The position numbers and the translations under genes were made by a program. The notes under the pieces are model-generated. The model had not been told where the DNA came from. It made no database searches and worked only from the letters and a program-made list of their open reading frames with translations. A stretch of DNA of 64,000 nt from Dendrobates tinctorius (taxonomy: Eukaryota), in assembly GCF_039654945.1 (NCBI RefSeq), contig NW_027361728.1, positions 58,652,001-58,716,000 of the forward strand, given 5' to 3'. Each line of letters opens with the position of its first letter. The stretch's first letter is position 1. Shown here piece after piece: positions 38,150 to 51,174 of the stretch.

Positions 38150-39190
38150 GTCTCCATGTGTCTGTGTGGGGGGTTGTGTTTCTGTATGTGGGGGTTGTGT
38201 GTGTGTGTGAGTTGTGGTTGTGTGTGTGGGTTATGTGTGTGGGTTGTCTCTGTGTGAGTTGTGTCTGTTTGTGGGTTATGTCTGTGTGTGTGTCTGCACG
38301 TGTGTGGGTTGTCTCTCTCCGTGCGGTCACGGGCCCTCAGCCGCGAGTCTCCACCCTGGCGCATCCCCGACACAGTCCCACACCACTCCCCACCTGTCTT
38401 CTCGGGAGCGTGGTCGCACTCCTTCCACCGCTGGGCATCCTGGGAGGTCCTGACCTGGTGGCTCCGCCCCATCATGGCGGCGCCCACTGGGTATTTCTGC
38501 TCGGTGTCTATACTGGTAAGACACCTGTTTGTGTGATGCGGTGGCGCTAGCATCTCGTGCTTGGCGTTCACTCTCGTCCTCAGGCCCTGTGTCTCGGCCT
38601 TGTCTGCCATACCTGTTTGCCTTGTGCCTCTGCCTGCTGTACCTGCTTGCCCTGTGTCTCTGCCTTGTCTGCCGTACCTGTTTGCCCTGTGCCTCTGCCT
38701 GCTGTGCCTGCTTGCTTGCCCTGTGTCTCTGCCTTGTCTGCCGTACCTGCCTGTCCTGTGTCTCAGCCATACCTGTCTGCCCTGTGTCCACCGCTTTCCT
38801 TCCGTTCCTATTTTCCTTTAGCCCTGTGTTCTTCTAGCCGTGTTTCATCTCTCTGCTCCACTCTCATTTTTGTTTCTATTTTTACCTCTCTTACAGCAAC
38901 AAGCCCCGTACTCCTCTGTTCCTGGTACCTCCGTGTTCACATCTGTACTCCGTCCTCCCCTCGGTCTTCCCTTTATCTTTCCTGTGTCTGTGTGTGGGTT
39001 GTGTCTCTCTGTTGTGTGGTGTGTGGGTTGTGTCTCTTTGTGTGGTGTGTGGGTTGTCTGTTGTGTGTCGGCGTGGGTTGTGTCTCTATGTTGACAGTGT
39101 GTGTCTACGTGTGAGTAGGTTGTGTTTGTGTGGGTTGTGTCTGTGTGTGGGTTGTGTCTCTGTGTGAGGGGAGGGTTGTGTCTGTGTGTT
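38150..39190. repeat. TG-rich and TGCC-rich low-complexity repeats
   Basis: GTGTGGGTTGT and CCTGTGTCTCTGCCTTGTCTGCC units. Confidence 0.8.
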
Positions 39191-40924
39191 TAGATATCTT
39201 TGAGTTTACTGAAGTGTGTATATACACTTGTCCCACATGCATGTTCTGGGTATATGATGTATACCTGCTGTGCATCTGTTGTATAGCATGTGTGTACTAA
39301 AGACATATATGATGTGTATGTAATGAGCATGTGATGTCCAGTATACAGTATGTGTACTCTATACAAGTATATAATGTAATTTAACCCCTTCACCACCTTT
39401 GGTGTTGCTGCCCCTTGGTACATACAGTCATTCCAGCTGTTTCTCCTGAGCGTCGGTTGGTAGGTTGCGCTCGCATACCTCCCAACTTTTGAAGAAGGGA
39501 AAGAGGGACGAAGTTTGCAGCACACCGTGGCAATTTTAGGCCACACCCTGACTACACCCATTTCACAACTAGTCACACCCATATCCACACTCCAACCACA
39601 CCCAGTTAGCACTGCTGATCACACTGTTTCATAAACAATAATTATAAACAGAAAAAAATAAATTTGCTTACAAGTAATGAATTAAAGTATTAAAGTAGTA
39701 ACACTTGTGTAAAGGGGTTAAGTAAGATGTTCATTATTGTATTTATTATCCATTGCTAAATGGTACTGCTACATGTTTACATGTATTACCACACAAATAG
39801 AATGGTACTGCTACTACTTTCTGGGTATTACCATTGTCTTTATGTTTTATTGTTGCTTTTATTTGCACATAGTTGTGATAATGTTTACAGCATTTCAAGG
39901 TTTGCCATTTACAGGAAAGGGAAAGCGTAGTGCTCCCTTTGGACACTGGAGGGGGCACTCTAGTATATAGAACTCTTAGTAGGATAGGGTTAGTGTAGGA
40001 GGGGCTGCGGGAGTTAAGGTTAGATAAGAAGGAAGTGAGTTCAGATGCCCGAAGTGTCCACATGGGCTATAGGCCCAGGACACAGCAACGCAAAGTTAAG
40101 CAGCGCCAATCCAATTTATCCACATCCATTGGACATCAGTTTAGTGGACCAAAGCAGTAGAGAAGATGTGGCAACTCGTAGCCTGGGTGGATGCTCTTAG
40201 TGCGGTAGTCTGATGGAGTGAGGAACAGAAGGATGCTGTAGCTTCGCAGGGAGCGGTACCGACGGGTCAGATGCTTTACCAGAGGCAACCAAACCGGGTG
40301 GTGGATGATTTCAAGTCTGGGGTGAAACAGGTAGAAGGAAATGTCATCATGGTGAGGTTAAGCCAGGAAGAGGCTGGAAAGCAGTCTAAGACAGTCCGGT
40401 CTGGGCATGTGCTGTATAGAAGTGCCAGCAGGGTAGAGAGAACTGAGGAAGCAAGTAATCTGTTATCTACAATGTTATCAGTAAAGAAACCATTCAAGTT
40501 ACCGTGGACTGTGTCTCAGTTACTGGGAGTCGCCTCCGAGAGGGGCCATCGCTACCTGGGAAGTGCCCGGGGGGACCCGAACCTGGAGACGAAGGTACAC
40601 CGAACAGTGGATTGCAATTTTCTGTGAGGGAAGGCCGGGACACTGATGCTTTAGTGTCTCTGGCCACGACTATAGTCCTGGCCGACCCTTACATTTACAG
40701 AACACATTAGAATTTGGGAAAAAATTAAGTAAACTACACAAGATGAAGAAATAAATGCGACAGTGTCACTCTGCACGGTAACAGGACCACCTCCCCCATT
40801 TAAAACAGTATCCTCGAAAAATAAAATAAATACATCACTGCAGTAATAATATCCCTTAATTAGCCCCTATGGTAATAATATCCCAAATCCTGGCCCCATG
40901 TGTTTCATTCCTGGCTCCAGCCAT

Positions 40925-41290
40925 ATGTTCTCCCATCCTGCCCTCATGAGTATCCATTCTGCCCCCATGTGATGTCCCATGATCCTACCCCATCTGTCCC
41001 ATGATCTTACCCCATCTGCCCCATGATTCTTCCCCATCTGTCTTCATCCTGCCCCATGATCCTGCACCATGCCTTCATCCTACCCCATGATCCTGCCACA
41101 ACTGTCTCCATCCTGCCCCATGATCCTGCACCATCTGTCTCATGATCCTGCATCGTCTCCATCCTGCCCCATGATCCTGCCCCGTCTCCGTTCTGCCCCC
41201 CTCTAGAATCCTTCCCCATGTCTCCATTCTGCCCCGTGTCTCCAATCCTGCCCCCGTGTCTCCAATCTTGCCCCCGTGTCTTCATTCTGC
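40925..41290. repeat. Degenerate CCCCATGATCCTG minisatellite
   Basis: Direct short repeats. Confidence 0.75.
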
Positions 41291-41510
41291 CACGCACAGG
41301 ATAGAGACACATGGTCCATGTGTCTTCATCCTGCCGATGAAACATATTGCGGCTTACTGTTGAAAGCAGCAGCAAGCCGCAATGTTACATCGGCAGGATG
41401 GAGACACATGAACCATGTGTCTCTATCCTGCACACGGCAGGATGGAAAAAAAAGCAAAAAACAAAAAACCTTTCTCCTTACCTGTTTTTTTTCTATCCTA
41501 CGTGCGGCAG

Positions 41511-43413
41511 CAATGGCGGATCTTAATAGGGGCGGATGGGGCGGTCGCCCCGGGCCCAAGGTTTTTTGGGGGCCCAGGGGCAGGGGCGGGCTGGGCCGGG
41601 TGGCAGAGAGGCAAATGCCCCCCGGACCGCTCCCCCAGCACCTGTACAGGGCCGGCCGTGCCCTGTGCTGTGACGCCGCCGGCAGCAGACAGCCGCCCGC
41701 GTCACATTCTATGAGGGGCCGGGAGCTGTGCACGGCCGTCACCTTGACGGCTGCTCAGCTCTGGCTGTACTTCCGGGTCAGATGTCGGGCGTGCGCGATG
41801 ACGTCATCGTGCACGCGCCGACATGTCCCGGAGGATGCTGAAAGCAGAGGCGCTGCTGGGGAGCGAGCCGGCTGTGAGGTAAGTATGGGGAACTTTTTTT
41901 ATTTTTTTTTATTTATAAAATGAATTAAATGGGGGAGGGGGTGAGTGGGGGCTGTACACAATGAAGGGGGGGTGACTGGGGCCTGTATATGATGAAGGGG
42001 GGTGACTGGGGCCTGTATATGATGAAGGAGGGGTGACTGGGGCCTGTATATGATGAAGGGGGGTGACTGGGGGCTGTATATGATGAAGGGGGGGTGACTG
42101 GGGCCTGTATATGATGGAGGGGTGACTGGGGCTTGTATATGATGAAGGGGGGGTGACTGGGGGCTGTATATGATGAAGGGGGGGTGACTGGGGCCTGTAT
42201 ATGATGAAGGGGGGGTGACTGGGGCCTGTATATGAAGGGGGGGTGACTGGGGCCTGTATATGATGAAGGGGGGGTGACTGGGGCCTGTATATGATGAAGG
42301 GGGGGTGACTGGGGCCTGTATATGATGAAGGGGGGGTGACTGGGGGCTGTATATGATGAAGGGGGGGTGACTGGGGCCTGTATATGATGAAGGGGGGGTG
42401 ACTGGGGCCTGTATATGATGAAGGAGGGGTGACTGGGGCCTGTATATGATGAAGGGGGGGGTGACTGGGGGCTGTATATGATGAAGGGGGGGTGACTGGG
42501 GCCTGTATATGATGAAGGGGGGGTGACTGGGGCCTGTATATGATGAAGGGGGGGTGACTGGGGGCTGTATATGATGAAGGGGGGGTGACTGGGGCCTGTA
42601 TATGATGAAGGGGGGGTGACTGGGGCCTGTATATGATGAAGGAGGGGTGACTGGGGCCTGTATATGATGAAGGGGGGGTGACTGGGGGCTGTATATGATG
42701 AAGGGGGGGTGACTGGGGCCTGTATATGATGAAGGGGGGGTGACTGGGAGCTGTATATGATGAAGGGGGGTGACTGGGGTTGTACAGGATGAAGGGGGTG
42801 AGTGGGGGCTTCACAGGATGAAGGGGGGATGAGTGGGGGCTTCACATGATGAAGGGGGGTGAGTGGGGCTGCACATGATGAAGGGGGGGTGAGTGGGGCT
42901 GCACATGATGAAGGGGGGGTGAGTGGGGCTGCACATGATGAATTGGGGGTAAGGGGGACTGCACATGATGTGGGGGTAAAATTAACTGCACATGATGATG
43001 GGGTAGTGGGGCTGCACATGATAAAATGGAAGGGGGGATAAGGGGCTGCAAATGATGAAGCGGCACTGCAGATGAAGTCAGTGGGTGATAGGGGACTGCA
43101 ATGGATGAAGTAAGGGGACTTCAAATTAAAGTGGGGACATTAAAGTGGATCCCCTATGGCCAGGATCACGTTGGGCGATTTTGTGCGTATTGGCCGTAGG
43201 CCTACAGCTTATGTGCAACGTCTTTTTAGGCCATGTCCACACGTGGTGGAATGGTGGCGGGTTTTCCGTATGGACCCGCAGCAAACCAAGTGCTGCGGTC
43301 CGTACGGCTGTCAATTCCCGCACGGGGACCGCAGCGCTCAGGTGGGAAGGGGGGTACAGGGGCCCAGGTTTTATGAACAGCCCCGGGCCCATAGTCCACT
43401 TAATCCGCCACTG
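41511..43413. mobile_element. hAT MITE carrying a minisatellite
   Basis: TIRs CAATGGCGGAT / ATCCGCCACTG; perfect 8-bp TSD TGCGGCAG. Confidence 0.88.
41935..43100. repeat. ~30-bp G-rich minisatellite (GGGGGGGTGACTGGGGCCTGTATATGATGAA)
   Basis: Over 30 tandem copies, decaying at the 3' end; source of the spurious Pro-rich ORFs. Confidence 0.95.
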
Positions 43414-45721
43414 TGCGGCAGGATAGAAAAAACAAACAAATGAAACAAACCTTTCTCCTTATCTGGCCACGCTCCTGCAGCGATGATCCCTCCAGGCGTT
43501 TCAAGCGCGCATTCGCCGGTGAATGACAGTGACGTCATACGCTGGCGACGTGCGCTCTGATGTCAGCTGCCAGCCTCTGATTGGCTGGCGGCTTTAACAC
43601 TGTATGGTGGCCACTCCTGGGTACTGCAGCTCAGCCCCTATTCATGTGCATGGGAGCTGATGGTCAGCAGTAGTCAGAGCTCTTATATAGAGACTTCATA
43701 GGAGCTCCTGGAGGACATGCACCATACAGCCGCAGTGTGTAACCCCATACAGTCCGGACACTGCTCCAGCCAGAGCAACGGCCCCGGCCGCTCCTTACAC
43801 TGCGTATGCTGGGCCGCCAGCATCTTCACCGGGGATAGCTGAACTGAGCTCCCGCTGTCTGCACTGCACTCACATTCGCCATGTGTCTCCTCACCATGGC
43901 TCCAAAGCCCCATGCTGTACTGAGCAGGACACCGGGCCGTCAGAGCGAGCACCGTGCAAGTGTCAGTGTCTAGTGCGGGATAAGTAAGATCCCGGCTGGG
44001 ACAGTGTCTCAAAATCGGGACTGTCTTACTGGATCCGGAATGGTTGGTCGGTGGCGCTCGTCCCCCTTTAAGCTCTCACATCCCTTACTGAACCCAATAG
44101 GAAGTCCCCTACTATTAGCGCCGGACAGGCCCATGTGAGGTCTTGTGATCGGCTAAGCATTTCGGGAGGAGGCATCGTCTGTTGGGAAAGACGCACCATT
44201 TTACCAGCTTAGTGCAGTGGTGGCTTGTTGATGCTCAGACTGCAGGTCGTATGTGGTGTGTGGGCAATGCTGCATGGTGGACATGTCTGACTAGTTAGTG
44301 CCAGGCAACGGCCACATTGGAGCTGCCCAGAGTTTTGTAGAAGTGTGCCAGAGATAATAGGTTGGCAATCAGTGTCTGCCTCCTGAGCTATAAGGATGCA
44401 GGACTGTGTCTGCCTACAGGGCCATCATTGTGTGTCTGTATGCTTGCGTCAGGCCTGCAATTGCCATTACTGGCCCTTGTTCTGGATTCTTCTGTCTTGT
44501 TCTTGTATGTGCGTGTGATGACGCTGACATCCTTGTGTTTGAACATTTTTTTTCTATTTCTCTAAATTAAAATGTCAACTATGTATGAACCAGATTTATT
44601 CCTACCGATTTTAAAAATTTACTATTAGGGGGGTGCCGTTCTGCACTTCGCCTCAAGCTGTACAGAGGATAGGTTCACCCCTGGCAAGAGGGTACTGCCA
44701 ATGTTGTTCTCAGCTTCCAGTCTGACACCATGTGGAAGGTGAGTTTATTAGCTCCTTTAATTTGGTGTGGTTGCTGTGTGGCGGCCATTGTTGAGGTGGT
44801 GGTGTGCTTGTGGGGTGAGTTGACCGGCAGCTATGGTTACTTTACCTTGCCATATGTGCTCTGTAGAGCACTAGATCACTCACACAGTAGCACTTTGGCC
44901 ATGGTTTGCGCACAGAACTGCACCTCTCTCTAGGGTTTAGTGACCCACTAGAGGTTCGCCGTGACATAACTTTCTGATCAGACTGCTTGAGACCCATTGT
45001 TATGTATTTCGTGTTCAGTTTTGTAAGTTTTCACTTACTTGCAAAACAGATCACTGTATAAGTTTTGGATTTCTGGTCCATACCTTTTTCTACAGATATG
45101 TTAATATATGAAAATCAAATGAGGAAAACAAATTATCATCACGTAAAATGATGCAAATAAATAGGGTACACACACCTTTAGTATTAAATTAATGTACAGG
45201 TGCACAAATACGCTATGTGACCAACATACAAACACAAACATACTTATGCGTCAGGTCCCTGCAATTAATATACACATGAACTCCAATATTGCTGTGAATG
45301 CTAAAAATTTAATGTACATTTTTTTGTTTATTGATGTTCAGTCGAGAGCTCCTGGAAGCTTTCATGCATTAAAACTCTCAGCTGTGTACTGTTAGCAACT
45401 CCCTTCTCCTATTAAAACTGGACCCTGGCTACCACTCATTGTCAGAGCTAGATTTTTCTGCATGGCTGGAGATTGTTGTTGGTGGTTACTTGTTAGCTCC
45501 ACACCGGGTTCCCAGCATGTCAGTTCACTCACCCACCCACGCTGCAGTTTGTTCTTCTCTTCCTCATGCTCCCAGCAGCACTTCCAGCCGGATGTCTGGC
45601 CATGCTCTAAGGGCACGTACGTGCGCTCCCGCCCTCTTAAAGGGCCAGAGCATGCACTTGCTATTTCCTCCCCAGCCAATGGTTTTGAGGCATTACCTGT
45701 TGCCTACAATTTCTGTTATAA

Positions 45722-46089
45722 GGGTGTGTGCAGACGCTGCAGAATCCGCTGCGGATTAATCTGCACGGATTTTGCAAAAACCGCAGATAAACCGCAGGTC
45801 AAAAGACCTGCGGATTATCTGCGGTTTTGCCTGCGGTTTGGTCCTGCGGATTCACCATCTCCACAATGGTGAAGATAGGATTCCGCCGAAAGAATTGACA
45901 TGTCAATTCTTTCTGCGGTTTCAAAACCGCAGCAAATCCGCACGGATTTTTCCGCAACGTCTACACAGCGGGTTTTTTTTTACCATTCATTTGAATGGTA
46001 CTGTACACCGCAGCTAAAACTGCTGCAGGTCCGCAGCGGCCAAAACCGCTGCGGAATCACAGCAGAATCCACAGCGTGTGCACATACCC
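45722..46089. mobile_element. Harbinger-type MITE (GCGG/CCGC-rich)
   Basis: TIRs GGGTGTGTGCAGACG / CGTGTGCACATACCC; TAA/TTA flanks. Confidence 0.8.
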
Positions 46090-47401
46090 TTAGTCCTCAT
46101 ATGGTAACCCCTATACACTCCTTTTTCCTGTGTTTGTACAAATGGGTGACCATATGATTCACCAACATAGGAATATCTAGGAGATTTAGGGTCAGCCGCT
46201 GAGGAGCAGGAGCGCCAATCTCATTTTGTGTTTAGGGTGCCAACCTCCGCTGGTAGGTAGGAATTTTAAATAGGAACAATTGTGCAGGGTGATGGTAACC
46301 AGCACGGTTGCTTGTACGGTGTTTGTTGATGTCTTGTGTCTGTTTTAATAGGTTCGTTAAAAGTTAATTTTTATCTGAATTATAATTGTGATATAAGGTT
46401 AATACTTGGTAGCTTTCTAGATGTCTAATCAGCTAAACATATTTTATCCAGTTTCAAGATCTATGAGGATCCCAGCATTGGGTGATCAGACATTTATAAT
46501 TAATCCTGTGAATAGGTAATAAATGTCTTTTGTGGGAAAATCTAACAATATATTTTATGGTCTAGAAAAAAAAAAAATACAATAGTTGAGCATTTTTACA
46601 TAAAATAAAAAAAACCTTTAATGTATGAATAGTGCACAATTCTGTCTGGTATGAATCAATTTTGTAACATCTGTTCAATTTATAGTTCATTTAAAAAAAA
46701 AAAATAAAAAAAAAATCAACAAATCAGCAAAAGTGTACAAGGAGGTTTATTCTGCAATACATTATAAAGCCTGGAAATAGGAATATGATTAACATATTCT
46801 TAGTTCAGATGACTGAGAATTCCGACCAAATTATAATTGCATTACATACAGCCTTGGTAATAATAGGATTGCTTTTTCAATTAATCAGCCAAGTTTAGAA
46901 AAAAGGTGGGGAAACAAAGACGAATGAATGAATAACTTACGTACCTCTTTCATGTTATACAAATGATCACAATGCATGGGCTTAACAGCAGTGGCTTGGT
47001 TTACGCTGATTGTGAATAAGTCCAGCACTAATATACTGTTAAAATATAGGTACAGGGATGACTTTACATCACTAGATCTATATACATGAAGCTAAAAATG
47101 CAAATTAGTGTGATAGGGTATGTTCACATTTGTATACATTGGGAGCATTAACAGACACAAGTCACTGTGTAGCCACACTGATCACAATTGCAAAATTAAA
47201 AATATATTTCATGCAGTATACGGTTTTTCTAGTGGCAGAATGTACAGGAGAGTGCAGCACCCCAATGGAAGAGCCAAGAGGACACGCTTTCAACCTCCAT
47301 CGGGTAAATGAGGACCTATTGTTATCTTTGGCATACGAAGCGGGAACATTTCCAGTATATATGCTGAACATGTTTCTATTACATCATGTGAATATGGTCA
47401 C

Positions 47402-47673
47402 TAGCGACGAGGGAATGTGCTCAGATAAGGTGTTATCTGCGCATGCTCATGTGCTAACCGAGTCTTCGGCGTGCTCAAAAAATATGGTCAAGTCTCCGTG
47501 GCTGCATGTTTTGCGGCTGCTCAACGGCACATATGGATTGCCTGTTTGTTAGGCAATCCCGAGACATACAGCCACGGAGACTCAACCATATTTTTTGAGC
47601 ATGCCAAAAACACTCGTTTAGCACATGCGCATGCTCGGATAAAACCTTATCTGAGTACATTCGCTCATCACTA
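47402..47673. mobile_element. hAT MITE, palindromic
   Basis: Ends TCGCTCATCACTA; TSD ATGGTCAC / GTGGTCAC. Confidence 0.85.
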
Positions 47674-48532
47674 GTGGTCACCTTTCAATTTTTTTGTATT
47701 GTTGACTTTTAATATGTTGGAATAAATGTCATTATTCTTAAAATTTGGATATGTGTCGGATTAGTCTCTCTTATTGGGACCGGCTCTCCAATATCCACTG
47801 ACACTATATCCTGCTTGAGACTACCATCTAGCAAGGGGTTAGCTGAAAAGTTTTTGCCTTTTTTATTTTATACTCAGCCCTTGCATAAGAACATCATGTG
47901 TGTGAATACAGACTTGGAGAGACTAGTTATTTCTTCTTTTGTTATTGCCTTTACAAAGGCAACATATTTTGTAGTGCTGACTATTACATAGACATGCAAG
48001 TTTCTGTGGTTAACTCTTTCCTAGCACCACTGATTTCTAGGTGCAAACTGACGAAGATCAACATGTGCAAGGCATTAGTATGTTTTCCATCAAATTGTGT
48101 ATGTTTCCTTCTACTTCCAAAATCTAGGCTAATTGAGTTTCAAAAAATTTGTTTTTTTATGGAGATAGGGCTTTGGATGAGACGCACTGCGGACAGGGGT
48201 TGATGAGAGTTTATACAACCTACGTACAGAGCTGCGCTATATGTTGTTACCATACAACCAAGGTTAAGACATATTCTTGCCCATGGAGGGTAATATTCTA
48301 GCAAACGAGCATGTGGAAAATATGTACTTTCTCTGCTAATTCAAACGTGATCTATTCTGTATGATGCTTCACAAATGTGATTCCGTACTCTACCTTTATC
48401 ACCTGCAAGAAAAAGACCCCCAAACAATCATATCACAATCCTAAGCAATGTCTTAATTTTTGGAGTCTAAACATTCCTAATTCCTTTATTACCATAAAAT
48501 GTTGTCACCTAACAAAAAACGTTCTTATTTAA

Positions 48533-49071
48533 AGAAGCCCTCTTACTATTCTAGGTATTAAATGTGTGTACATGCATGTCATTTAGATTGTGAGCCCCAC
48601 CGGGGACAGTGATGATAATGTGTGCAAGCTGTAAAGCGCTGCGGAATATGTTAGCGCTATATAAAAATAAAAAAATAAAGATTATGTTATATAATGTGAG
48701 TGTAATAAATATACTCACCTACCGCTGCTTTCTCCGGTGCCCAGCGCCGTTCTGCTCGGCTTCTCCGTGACGTCACCGCTCCGCAGACTCTCCGGGTCGC
48801 GCTGCTCTCTGTATGACCCAAAAGTGGCTTTTACAATGAAATGCTATAGCACATTAGAACACAGCTCCATAGGCTTTCATTGTAAAACAACTTCCGGCTC
48901 ATGGATAGCACATAGAACGAGCTGGCTAGTCAATATTGCGGTGAGGTCACAGAGAAGAACGACGTTGGACACCAGAGAAAGAAGCGGTAGGTGAGTATAT
49001 TATTACGCTCACATTACATAACATGCATGTACACACATTTAATGAATAAAAATGTTAGTGTGAGTGCTTCT
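48533..49071. mobile_element. Palindromic TTAA-target MITE (Kolobok/T2-like) with a LINE (L2-like) 3' tail inserted at ~48582-48683
   Basis: TTAA-AGAAGC...GCTTCT-TTAA; insert TAGATTGTGAGCCC...AAAGCGCTGCGGAATATG...ATAAAAATAA. Confidence 0.75.
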
Positions 49072-49761
49072 TTAAGCTTTTACATTGCCATTTATAGCCA
49101 TAGTGAAAGCAGTAACCAGATCTAAAAAAACGCAAATTAAAAAATGTATTGTTTTGACCTTTTGATGTTTTTTCATATATCACCCATTTTCTGATCATAG
49201 TGAAAAGTCACTAATGGTAAAGTCATCCCTGTACAGGCTTTCATTGCAATATATAAAATTCTTATGTATGAAATATGCGTGTATATGTATAAAATTCATA
49301 TGTATCAGACGGTATATGGAGTTAGTGGCCTCTGTGCTATAAAAGTTTAGACACTTCTGATTCACAGTATAATTACAGTATATGACATTCCTACAGTAGC
49401 ATCTCACTAAAGTAGATGCAATGGTTTAGGACAATCACAAAGTTTAGCTTAAGTTTAGTTTTTTACATCTTTTACTGAACCTGGAAAAGTGCATTTTCAG
49501 CCATAAAATATTACATTGCCAAACATGATAGAGAAGTGCTGAAATAGTCCTACACGAAGCTTTGCACAACACTAAGCTGGCACAGGAGAGCAGGCACCAT
49601 CAGTATTGAATGACCTTAAAAATAAGATACAGAACCAATCAAATGTGCACGTCTGGTTTATTTAAGAGACCTTGTTACATCTTGCACGTCCCTTCAAATG
49701 TTTCTTAGTTGACCTTGAAACATTCTTGTAATTACTGGTGTCACATTATTTGGCGAATCTT

Positions 49762-49792
49762 CTAGATGACCATTTTTGAGATGCACCGTTCC
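49762..49792 (-). CDS. MLF1: Tentative last coding exon of MLF1 (R|ERCISKMVI*)
   Basis: Good acceptor (TATTTCTTATTTTAG); phase 2 join with the exon ending at 58014 gives RE as in the mammalian C-terminus; AATAAA at ~49660; no further homology recognised. Confidence 0.4.
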
Positions 49793-51174
49793 CTAAAATA
49801 AGAAATACAGAAGTAATGTTACAACTAAAAATGACGGAACCTTTTAAGGCTCAGTTTGGCTCAGATTGGCGAACTTCTTAATGTTCGCTGAACTTATCCA
49901 AACCACATTGAATTCAATGGGAGGCAAAACCAAACGTATAGACAACACCTTCAGGGGGGCCCAGAAGCTGCCAAAACAGTTCAAATTAGGGGCAGGCACC
50001 AGGAAAAGTGGCATCAATTGACCCAGTGTACAAATAGTATAATTGTGCAGCTTGGATGCATGGGACAGGGCTTGGACCACCATTTCTAGCTTAAACATTG
50101 ATCAGTAACAGGTGGGTGACCAGTGTAGGCCTGGTGGTCTGAGAGCCCTGACAAATTCAGGCAACACACATGAGGGAGAGCCAACTTGGAGTCCAAACAT
50201 TCCCAAAAATTAGAGGCAGACACCAGGAAAAGTGGCATCAATTGATCCACAGTAGAAATGTTATAATTGCACTGGATGGATGGTGCAGGGACTGGACCAG
50301 CATTTCTAGCTTACAAACTGATCAATAATAGGTACGTGAGTGACAGGTGTAGGCCTGGTGCTCAGAGACCCCTTCCACTACAGGCAACTCACCAGGAGAC
50401 CCAACTTGGAGACTCCACATCTCAAAAATTATTGGCACACACCACATCAAATATACCGTATACACTCGAGGATAAGCCAAGTTTTTCAGCACATTTTTTT
50501 TGTGCTGAAAACGCCCCCCTTACCTTATACTTGAGTGAGGGCACCAGAAGATGGAAGGGGAGAGGCAGCAGTGGAGGAGGGAGTGGAGAGAAGTGAGTAT
50601 TCATTTCACCTATGTAGCGGGCACACGTGACCCCACGGTTGCTGCGAATGACACTATGCGCGCTACTTAATAGCAATGAATACTCACTGCCCTCCACGCG
50701 TATGTTATGATGTGAGGCTGGAAACCTCCGGGAGCTGAACCCTCAGGACCGCGACGACGAACCTCCCCTAGGCGAGCTGACCAGGTGGACCACCCCCTAT
50801 ACAGGGAGTGTAAGGGGCAGGCCCAAGGGAGACTATCGCCGCGGAAGCTGATACCCGGGGACAACCGGAGGATGACGTAAGCCGGGGAGGACTGGAGAAC
50901 CGGTGGGAATGAAGACGACCACAGGGGAGACTGCTGTTGCCGCGAGGAGGGAGGTGACCACCAGGAGGGATGCTGGAACGTGTAGCAGAAGGGAAGCTGG
51001 CACAGGCGGGCGAGGACAGGAACGGAGCAGACCTGGAAAGGAACACGAGAGGGTAACCGACAGGCAGACTAACGGGAAGTCAGGAGGAGTACAAGGCACA
51101 GAGACAGACAGAGCGCTAGGAGACGTGGACCCGATATCAGAGCGCGAAGCACAATTGATAATCAGGCAGGGAGC

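Larger units (their letters stand above)
39473..44050. mobile_element. Probable non-autonomous DNA transposon (GCATACCTCCCAAC terminus) hosting further inserts
   Basis: Recognisable left end; degenerate right end (GGGAC...GGTTGGTCGG) followed by TGGCGCTC vs TTGCGCTC on the left. Confidence 0.4.
28617..44683. mobile_element. Non-autonomous hAT element expanded to 16 kb by nested insertions
   Basis: TIRs CAGGGGCGCACC / GGTTCACCCCTG; perfect 8-bp TSD GCAAGAGG (28609-28616, 44684-44691). Confidence 0.8.

Noticed and set aside
37980-39114. Cys/Val-rich ORFs
   Set aside because: TG-rich low-complexity sequence.
39381-39721. TTAACCCC...GGGGTTAA mini piggyBac
   Set aside because: Match is too short and conflicts with the element starting at 39473.
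39960-40710. 5' fragment of an L2/CR1 LINE
   Set aside because: Only compositional resemblance; no endonuclease, RT or 2A motif visible.
41909-43124. Pro-rich extensin-like ORFs (301 and 399 aa)
   Set aside because: Minisatellite inside a TSD-bounded MITE.
48290-48402. Alternative MLF1 terminal exon (acceptor at ~48403)
   Set aside because: Good acceptor but immediate stop and no homology; cannot be supported.
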